DNA of 17,381 bases from NCBI GenBank assembly GCA_039591655.1, contig JBDHDE010000068.1:1-17381 (forward strand), in the 5' to 3' direction. This document shows positions 1 to 6,479 of this stretch, one piece after another. Within the stretch, counting starts at the first letter, position 1, and the number at the start of each line of letters is the position of its first letter. Under the pieces are notes generated by a model that saw nothing but the letters and a program-made list of their open reading frames with translations, ran no database searches and was not told where the DNA came from. The DNA comes from Gemmatimonadota bacterium (lineage in GTDB: Bacteria > Gemmatimonadota > Gemmatimonadetes > Gemmatimonadales > GWC2-71-9). A program made the position numbers and the translations under genes.

Positions 1-1341
1 CGGGCCATCGGGCTGCTCGAGGAGGCGGTGGAGTTGGACACCGCGTTCGCCATGGCCTACCGCAAGCTGGGGGTGACCGCCCTGAACCGGGCCGAGCGGG
101 TGGCCGCCCTGACCAAGGCCTACGAGCACCGTGAGCGTCTGACGGCCCGGGAGCGCAACCAGACCCTCGGGACCTATTACACCGTCGTGCGTGACGATGA
201 GGAAGGTGCCATCGCGGCCTACCGCGCCGTGTTGGAGACCTATCCGTACGACTACGTGGCCCTCAACAACCTCGCCCTGATCTACATGGACCGGCGGGAG
301 TACGCGCAGGCGGAGACGCTGCTCCGGCGCGCCGTCGAGGCGGACTCCTTCGTGAGCGCCGCCTACATCAATGGGGCGATCGCGCAGGTCGCGCAGGGCG
401 AGTTCGACAGAGCCCAAGCCACCCTCACGCAGTACGCCGAGAAGCTGCCCGAGCATCCGAGGGTCAGGTGGATAGCCGCCGGCTTCGAGAGCGCCCGGGG
501 CAACCACGATGCCGCCGAAGACCAGGTGCGCCGGATGCTGGACGAGCAGCGCGGCGACCCGCTGTGGAGCACCAACGCCAGCTTCGGGCGGGCCACACTG
601 GCCCTGGTTCGCGGAAGGCTCGATGAGGCAGAGCAGCACATCCGGGCAGCCCTGGCCACCGGCGCCGAGCTGGACCTACCCGGTATGGAGCTGGGAGCCC
701 GGATCCAGCTCGCGTTCGTGGACTTGTGGTATCGGGGGGACAAGGCCGGGGCGCTGCGGCAGGTGGACGCCGCCCTCGAGCGCTTGCCCCTCGAAGAGCT
801 CGATCCCCTCAACCGCCCCTACAACTCGCTGGCGATGTTCTTCGCCCTCGCGGAGGAGCCCGAGCGCGCCAGGGCCATGCTGGACGAATACGAGGGAGCG
901 GTGGAGCCGGGCCTGCGGATGAACTACGAGGAGGGGCGCCACTCGATCCAGGGAATGCTGGATCTGGCCCGGGGGCGGGCGGAGGAGGCGGTGGAGGAGT
1001 TCCGCGCCGCGGACGTCGGGGTCTGTTCCATCTGCGCGCTTCCTTTGATCGGGATGGCGTACGACCAGGGGGGGAACGCCGACTCGGCCCTGGCCGTGTA
1101 CGAGCGCTACGTCACCACGCCGTGGCTCGGCCGCGACGAGAGCGACTGGTGGGGGCTCGGCTTCATCTACGAGCGGCTCGGCCAGCTGCACGCCGAGCGG
1201 GGCGACGTCGAGCAGGCCACTGAGTACTACGGCCGGTTCGTGGAACTGTGGGACGAAGCCGACCCCGAGCTCCAGCCCCGGGTGGAGCAGGCCCGGCGGG
1301 AGATGACGCGGCTCGCCGGCGAGCCGCGGGCGAGCGGCTAG
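1..1341 (+). CDS. Tetratricopeptide-repeat protein, 5'-truncated by the window edge; probably the C-terminal part of a Ser/Thr kinase-TPR protein
   Basis: Frame is open from base 1 (RAIGLLEEAVELDTAFAMAYRKLG...), so the GTG at 28 is probably internal. It has multiple TPR-like helical repeats (ALNNLALIY, YERLGQLHAERGDVEQATEYY). The C-terminal 'YGRFVELWDEADPELQPRVEQAR' tail is typical of kinase-TPR proteins. Confidence 0.8.
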   Translation, partial: RAIGLLEEAVELDTAFAMAYRKLGVTALNRAERVAALTKAYEHRERLTARERNQTLGTYYTVVRDDEEGAIAAYRAVLETYPYDYVALNNLALIYMDRREYAQAETLLRRAVEADSFVSAAYINGAIAQVAQGEFDRAQATLTQYAEKLPEHPRVRWIAAGFESARGNHDAAEDQVRRMLDEQRGDPLWSTNASFGRATLALVRGRLDEAEQHIRAALATGAELDLPGMELGARIQLAFVDLWYRGDKAGALRQVDAALERLPLEELDPLNRPYNSLAMFFALAEEPERARAMLDEYEGAVEPGLRMNYEEGRHSIQGMLDLARGRAEEAVEEFRAADVGVCSICALPLIGMAYDQGGNADSALAVYERYVTTPWLGRDESDWWGLGFIYERLGQLHAERGDVEQATEYYGRFVELWDEADPELQPRVEQARREMTRLAGEPRASG

Positions 1342-1452
1342 GGGCGCGCAAGCCGGGCAGGCCCAAGCGACCTGCGCGGCTGGATTAGGCGGTCATGCCG
1401 AGGGCGGTCATGCGGCCGCCCTTGTTTCGTCCCACCGGTGCGAGTCCCCCGC

Positions 1453-2271
1453 TCACGACCGCGTCGTGTGGATGCCGGGTGCTCCCTCCCACGGGCGCAG
1501 CTCCGCGCCGTGGGGTGGCAGCCGCTCGCGCGCCCCGATCACCAGCGCGCCGCCGGGTCGCAGCACGGCAAGCAGCCGCTCCAATGCGCTGCGCTGGCCG
1601 TCCTCGTCGAAGTACGTGAACGCGAGGTTGCGGCACATGATGAAATCGAACCCGCCCCTGGGCAGCTCGGCTCGGACGTCCTGGACCTGGAACGTCACGC
1701 GCGCCCGATACTCCTCGAGCAGCGTGAACCACTCACCCGAGTGCCCGAACGCCCGCTGAAGCCATGCGGTGGGAACGTGCTTGAGGCTGCTCCGCCGGAA
1801 CCGGGCGAGGAGCGCCCGCCCCACGAGTTGCTCGTCGGCGTCGGACGCGACAATGCGCATGCCCAGCGACGGGTAGCGTGGCTGGAGCATGATGTGCCAC
1901 AGGAGGGAGAGGCTGTACGGCTCCTCTCCCGAGGCGCAGCCGACGCTCCATGCCCGGAGCTCCTCGGCGCCCCGCTCCAGGGCTGCGGTGGCCAATGTGG
2001 GGAGGACGCTCTCCCCCAGCGCATCGAACACCGGCGGATCCCGCATGAAGCGCGACGTCGTGATGCGGCAGAAGGAGTCCAGGGTCGCCCACTCGTCGGG
2101 GTGTGACTCGAGGTAGGCCCGGTATGCCTCAGGCCCGGGCAGGTGGAGCTCCTGCAGCCTCACCCCGATCCGCCGGCACACCTGACGATGCACTCGGCGG
2201 AAGCCAGGCCAACGGAGGCCCATTTGGGGCAGGGCCCATTGCAGGAACTCGACGCAGGCCGTGTGGGGCAC
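1453..2271 (-). CDS. cheR: CheR-type SAM-dependent protein-glutamate methyltransferase (orphan)
   Basis: CheR motifs ITTSRFMRD, WSVGCASGEEPYSL, IVASDAD, FDFIMCRNLAFTYFD and LRPGGALVIG; 272 aa. The GTG start is uncertain. Confidence 0.85.
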   Translation of the reverse strand: MPHTACVEFLQWALPQMGLRWPGFRRVHRQVCRRIGVRLQELHLPGPEAYRAYLESHPDEWATLDSFCRITTSRFMRDPPVFDALGESVLPTLATAALERGAEELRAWSVGCASGEEPYSLSLLWHIMLQPRYPSLGMRIVASDADEQLVGRALLARFRRSSLKHVPTAWLQRAFGHSGEWFTLLEEYRARVTFQVQDVRAELPRGGFDFIMCRNLAFTYFDEDGQRSALERLLAVLRPGGALVIGARERLPPHGAELRPWEGAPGIHTTRS

Positions 2272-2316
2272 CGGGTGCCGGGAACGCTCAGTCCGTGGCG
2301 GCGCCGGTGCCGCCCG

Positions 2317-3915
2317 CTAAGGGGGGAGCCACTCGCGCCCTCCCGCAGCGATGCGCTTGCGCTCCGGCGTGGCCTCCGCAACCCGGTCGGCGAGCCGATC
2401 CGCGAGCTTCGAGAGCTGGTGGGCCCTGGTGCGGGCCACCGTGAAGAAGATCGAGCGCGCCACGACCCACGAGCCGCCGACGAAGAACAGCGTGGCGATC
2501 AGCGCCGCGGCGGGAGCGCCTGCTTCTATCCCCAGCCCCAGGGATACGCCGCCTCCCCCGCCCCCGCCTCCACCCATGATGCCGCCGAACAGCCCGCCGG
2601 CCATCGAGCCGAGGTACTCCTCCACCTGGATGTGCGTCTTGCCGCCCATCGGCGTGACGGTGATCTGAAGGCTGCGCCCCGTTCCCTGCGCGGGACTCGC
2701 GGTGCTCCACGCCAGGGAGTTGCCGAAGGTGCTGGGGTGTCCCACGATGTCCAGGGCCCGCTGGATCTCGCTCACCAGCGCCGGATACTCGGTTTCCCGC
2801 ACCTCGCCCTCGACCACCCGCTCGAACCGGAGCCGGGAGGGGGCCCCCAGGAACCATGTCCAGGACGTCCCCGTCGACTTTGCGGGGAGCGGCACCCGCC
2901 GCCGGTCCATATCCCGGACGGCCGCGTCCACTCTTGCTGGGGAGATTCCCACCTGGGCCGCGACCTGCTGGAGCCCCCCCTCGGTCAGGCCGCCCTCCTC
3001 CGTGGGCCGCTGCGCCTGCAGCTCCGACGCCCGCTTGATGACGTGGCGTACCTCCGTGTCCCTGAACCTGCGGTGTTCGCCGGTAGCGTCGATGAGGGCC
3101 TCCCGGAGCGCTGACGCGCTGGCGCAGCGCTGCGCGGGCCTGAGAGCCAGGGCGCGCACCAGGGCTTGCTCCATGGATCCCGGCAGCCGGTCGAGCGCGT
3201 CGCGGTGGTCGGGAAGGGCGTCGATGAAGCGGCCCAGCCTCACGGCCTCCTCGGTAGGCCACATGCCCGGCGTCTCGCCGATCAACATCTCATAGCACAC
3301 GCAGGCCATGCTGTAGACATCGGTGCGGGCATCCAGCGCCCGCACGCCGGCCGCCTGCTCCGGGCTCATGTAGCCCGGCGTGCCCAGGGCGAGCCCGGTG
3401 CGGGTGAGGTTCTTCCCACCGGCGGTGGTGATCGCCTTGGCAATGCCGAAGTCGGCTACAACCGCGTGTCCTTCGGCGAACAGGATGTTCTCGGGCTTGA
3501 TGTCCCGGTGCAGCACGCCCCGACGGTGCGCGTAGGCGACGGCGTCGGCGATGCGAATGGTGATCGCCACCGCCCGGCGTACCTCGAACTGCCCCTCACG
3601 ATTGAGCAGGCCCCGCAGCGACTCGCCGCCGATGAACGGCATCACATAGTAGAGGAAGTCGCCGGCCTCGCCCGAGTCGTACAACGCAACGATGTGCGGG
3701 TGGGTGAGGCTCGCCGCGATCTCGATTTCCTTGAGGAATCGATCGGAGCCGAGGGAGGCAGCCAACTCCGGATGCAGGACCTTGACGGCGACGTCGCGGT
3801 TGTGCTTGAGATCCCTGGCGAGATAGACCGTCGCCATGCCCCCCCGTCCGAGTACCCGCTGGAGGGCGTAGCGCTGCGCCAGCGCCGTCCGGAGCGCCTC
3901 CGGCACATCGTTCAT
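2317..3915 (-). CDS. Hanks-type Ser/Thr protein kinase with a C-terminal domain of unknown function and hydrophobic membrane segments
   Basis: Kinase motifs LGRGGMATVY, VAVK, HRDIKPEN, DFG, GTPGYMSPEQ and DVYS. The C-terminal ~250 aa contain a 9-Gly run and hydrophobic helices (AAALIATLFFVGGSWVVARSIFF). Confidence 0.93.
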   Translation of the reverse strand: MNDVPEALRTALAQRYALQRVLGRGGMATVYLARDLKHNRDVAVKVLHPELAASLGSDRFLKEIEIAASLTHPHIVALYDSGEAGDFLYYVMPFIGGESLRGLLNREGQFEVRRAVAITIRIADAVAYAHRRGVLHRDIKPENILFAEGHAVVADFGIAKAITTAGGKNLTRTGLALGTPGYMSPEQAAGVRALDARTDVYSMACVCYEMLIGETPGMWPTEEAVRLGRFIDALPDHRDALDRLPGSMEQALVRALALRPAQRCASASALREALIDATGEHRRFRDTEVRHVIKRASELQAQRPTEEGGLTEGGLQQVAAQVGISPARVDAAVRDMDRRRVPLPAKSTGTSWTWFLGAPSRLRFERVVEGEVRETEYPALVSEIQRALDIVGHPSTFGNSLAWSTASPAQGTGRSLQITVTPMGGKTHIQVEEYLGSMAGGLFGGIMGGGGGGGGGVSLGLGIEAGAPAAALIATLFFVGGSWVVARSIFFTVARTRAHQLSKLADRLADRVAEATPERKRIAAGGREWLPP

Positions 3916-3951
3916 GTCGTATAAGGTACGCCGCGGGTCATCCCGCGGCAG

Positions 3952-4095
3952 TCATTGAGTGTGAAGCGCGTGCTGCGCCGGCTCGGCCCCGGCGGTCCCC
4001 GCTTCGGTGATGAGGTGGCAGGCCTTTTCGACGGTCGCGGCACGGTCCAGGAAGACCGGCGCGGCCTGCACGGCTGCAACCGTGAACGGTGTGCT
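3952..4095 (-). pseudogene. Nitrilase (carbon-nitrogen hydrolase) N-terminal gene remnant
   Basis: Manual translation gives [47 protein letters not shown], which matches the nitrilase N-terminus ([17 protein letters not shown]...I.EA...GA.LVVFPE). There is no ATG/GTG start in frame, and it stops before the catalytic Glu (FPE). Confidence 0.8.
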
Positions 4096-4303
4096 ACTGC
4101 GCAGAAGGGCCCTGCTGCTTCATCCGCTCGGTGGTGACCAGATCCACGAACACGTCGACGATCTTCTGCCGTGCGTGATCCACGTCCTGCTGCCGCGTGA
4201 TCTTACTGTCGAGGGGCTTCCACTTCTCGCGGTTGATGACCGCGCTCTCGAAGTCGCTGAGTGCCGAGTGGATGCGGTGGAGGTGCTCCTTGCCCATGCT
4301 CAT
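4094..4303 (-). CDS. Small hypothetical protein (69 aa, predicted helical)
   Basis: [73 protein letters not shown] lies 9 nt upstream of the ATG at 4303. The composition is protein-like, unlike the Arg/Pro/Ala-rich shadow ORFs. Confidence 0.65.
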   Translation of the reverse strand: MSMGKEHLHRIHSALSDFESAVINREKWKPLDSKITRQQDVDHARQKIVDVFVDLVTTERMKQQGPSAQ

Positions 4304-4508
4304 TGCCGACAGCTCCATGAGGATTGCGGTAATACAACTCAGATACAGCGCACGACGGGGTTAGGCAAGGGTCCTCCCCGGCGCTGCGATCCAATCCCCT
4401 TTGATTCATCGGGTTAGCGCCATGGCCGGCTGCAGGCAGAGCCGCCGCCGTTCTCCTCATACAAGATTCACGATTTCTTACTGCACTTGTCCGCTCTGTA
4501 GCCTCAAT

Positions 4509-4535
4509 TCCCGATAGTCCCGTTCCCTATCGGGA
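4509..4535. promoter_or_regulatory. Perfect inverted repeat TCCCGATAG-N9-CTATCGGGA (operator or RNA hairpin)
   Basis: 9-bp arms at 4509-4517 and 4527-4535 in an intergenic region. It sits just downstream of a TAGCCT -10-like hexamer (4499-4504) and upstream of a GAGGAGG RBS. Confidence 0.45.
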
Positions 4536-4568
4536 GCCCTCTGCAGTCTCCGAGGAGGACTCAAGGCA

Positions 4569-4778
4569 ATGCTGCGGTTGCATTCGCTCGTCGCAGCTGC
4601 GCCGCTGGCCGCAGCACTCCGCTGCCCAGCGAAGGGCGCCAAAGCGGGTTCGGTGCGCCTGACCGCCGGAGCCTCCCTGCAAAGTCGAGATCCGTTCGCT
4701 GGCACGTTGCGTCCACGGCAGTCGAGGATAGTCCTGGTACCGTCGCTGTTTGCGGCGGCGGTGCTGACGTATCAGTAG
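4569..4778 (+). CDS. Short ORF (69 aa) with a strong RBS; hypothetical peptide or decayed gene
   Basis: GAGGAGG at 4552-4558 precedes the ATG at 4569. The N-terminus is signal-peptide-like (MLRLHSLVAAAPLAAAL). No family recognised. Confidence 0.3.
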   Translation: MLRLHSLVAAAPLAAALRCPAKGAKAGSVRLTAGASLQSRDPFAGTLRPRQSRIVLVPSLFAAAVLTYQ

Positions 4779-4879
4779 CGACCGTCTGGGCAACGTCACG
4801 CGAGGTAACGCTGGATCGGACACGACATTCCTGAAGGCTATCGCTGCGCTCTAGGGGATTGGTGGTGCAAGGGGATCTG

Positions 4880-5209
4880 TCAGGGCTTCGATTCGGAGCC
4901 TACACGGTGGCGTCTGGTGACCCAGTTCAGGACGAACATCAACCAGGCAGCGGGGACAGAGACTAGGAGGATGAGCACGAAGATGGGCACGAAGATCACG
5001 GCGGCGACCTTCAGCCCCCACCCGAGTGCGGGCTCGTGGACGGTGTGCACGATGAACCTGACCGTGCCGACCACGATGAGGGTACACAACGCCGCACTGA
5101 CGATGAGCCCGATGATCATCGTCAGGCGCGGGACTGCGCCTGCTTGCCACGCGTCCTTGAGCAAGCTGCCCGGTGCGCCGGGACCCGTGGTCGGCTTCAA
5201 TGCGCTCAT
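4880..5209 (-). CDS. Small membrane protein (109 aa, about 2 TM helices), divergent from the hydrogenase operon
   Basis: GAGGG lies 6 nt before the ATG at 5209. Two long hydrophobic stretches: MIIGLIVSAALCTLIVVGTVRFIV and VAAVIFVPIFVLILLVSVPAAWLMFVL. Confidence 0.6.
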   Translation of the reverse strand: MSALKPTTGPGAPGSLLKDAWQAGAVPRLTMIIGLIVSAALCTLIVVGTVRFIVHTVHEPALGWGLKVAAVIFVPIFVLILLVSVPAAWLMFVLNWVTRRHRVGSESKP

Positions 5210-5305
5210 GCGTAACCCTCGATCGACCAGCCGCAAACTGCGCCGCGCTCATCCGAGTGGCAAGCCTGAGAGCGCTCGGGTGTCCGGCTGGAGTGTCATA
5301 GAGAC

Positions 5306-5357
5306 CTGCGATATGTCCCACCGGAGGTAGAGTCGCGGAGATTCCGCGGGAGGTGAG
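5306..5357 (+). promoter_or_regulatory. Candidate hydrogenase promoter/leader: -10 TAGAGT, hairpin CGCGGA-GAT-TCCGCG, RBS GGAGGTGA
   Basis: TAGAGT at 5328-5333 has only a weak -35 (CTGCGA at 5306-5311). The hairpin at 5334-5348 abuts a strong Shine-Dalgarno sequence before the ATG at 5361. Confidence 0.35.
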
Positions 5358-5360
5358 GTT

Positions 5361-6479
5361 ATGGCCCATTCCGAGAGCTGGTTTGTCAGCGAGCTGGAGA
5401 GGAGGGGGGTCTCACGCCGGGACTTCCTCGGGTTCTGCGGCGTAATGGCCTCGGTCCTCGCCCTGCCGAAACCGCTGGGCGCGAGGATCGCCAATGCCAT
5501 CGAGAGCGAGGAGAAGCCGACCCTGGTCTGGCTCGAGTTCCAGGACTGTGCGGGTAACACCGAGTCGTTCCTCCGGGCCGCGCGGCCCACGGTGGCCGAC
5601 ATCGTGCTGGACACGCTTTCGATCGACTATCACGAGACCATCATGGCCGCCGCCGGCCATCAGGCCGAGGAGGCGCTGGCGGGTGTCGTGGCGCAGAAGC
5701 CCGGCGCGTACATCGCCGTGGTGGAGGGCTCGATTCCCACCGGTGCCAACGGTGCGTACTGCACGGTCGGTGGCCGGTCGGCGCAGCAGATCGCGAGGGA
5801 GGTGTGTGGCGGAGCTGCCGCTACCATCGCGATCGGTACCTGTGCCGCGTTCGGTGGACTTCCGGCCGCCGCGCCCAACCCCACTGGGGCCCTGAGCGTC
5901 GCCGATGCAGTGCCGGGACTCAAGAACCTCATCAATCTCCCCGCCTGTCCGGCAAACGCCGAGAACCTCGCAGCGGTCATTGTCTACCACGTGACCTTTG
6001 GCCGGTGGCCACCGGCCGACCGCTACCGCAGGCCATTGTTCGCGTACGGCAAGGCCATCCATGACAACTGCGAGCGCCGGGCGCACTACGATGCGGGGCA
6101 GTACGTGGAGAATTGGGGCGACGAGGGACACCGCCTCGGATACTGCCTCTACAAAATGGGGTGCAAGGGTCCGGTCACACACCAGAACTGCCCCAGTGTC
6201 GGTTGGAACGAAGGCACCAACTGGCCTGTCGGCTGCGGTCACCCCTGCATCGGCTGTGCGGAGCCCGATTTCTGGGACAAGATGACTCCGTTCTACTCGC
6301 ACATAGCGGGAATCCCCGGTTTCGGCATCCACACGACTGCAGACCGCGTCGGCATCTGGGCCGCCGCCGGCGTTGCAGGTGCGTACGCCGTTGGCGGGCT
6401 CGTTCAGCTCGGAAGGCGGCTGAAGCACCAGAAGGCTGAAGCGGCCGCCGCTCAGGATGCGAAGGGAGGTCAGTCATGA
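5361..6479 (+). CDS. hyaA: [NiFe]-hydrogenase group 1 small subunit (Tat-exported, C-terminal membrane anchor)
   Basis: Twin-arginine motif SRRDFL. Proximal ligands DCAGN / GTCAAFGG / PACP; distal HDNC / CLYKMGC; medial NCP / WP...HPCIGC ([3Fe-4S] type with Pro). C-terminal TM segment VGIWAAAGVAGAYAVGGLV. Confidence 0.96.
   Translation: MAHSESWFVSELERRGVSRRDFLGFCGVMASVLALPKPLGARIANAIESEEKPTLVWLEFQDCAGNTESFLRAARPTVADIVLDTLSIDYHETIMAAAGHQAEEALAGVVAQKPGAYIAVVEGSIPTGANGAYCTVGGRSAQQIAREVCGGAAATIAIGTCAAFGGLPAAAPNPTGALSVADAVPGLKNLINLPACPANAENLAAVIVYHVTFGRWPPADRYRRPLFAYGKAIHDNCERRAHYDAGQYVENWGDEGHRLGYCLYKMGCKGPVTHQNCPSVGWNEGTNWPVGCGHPCIGCAEPDFWDKMTPFYSHIAGIPGFGIHTTADRVGIWAAAGVAGAYAVGGLVQLGRRLKHQKAEAAAAQDAKGGQS

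Noticed and set aside
4509..4535. CIRCE (HrcA) element
   Set aside because: It shares the 9-9-9 geometry, but the sequence is unrelated to TTAGCACTC-N9-GAGTGCTAA.
5307..5322. CRP/FNR-like site upstream of the hydrogenase operon (TGCGA-N6-CCACC)
   Set aside because: It has three mismatches to TGTGA-N6-TCACA and is not distinguishable from chance.
5361..6479. Classic O2-tolerant group 1d ([4Fe-3S], 6-Cys) assignment
   Set aside because: Both supernumerary Cys positions are Gly (CAGN; GTCAAFGG), and the large subunit has Gln at the Glu73-equivalent position.
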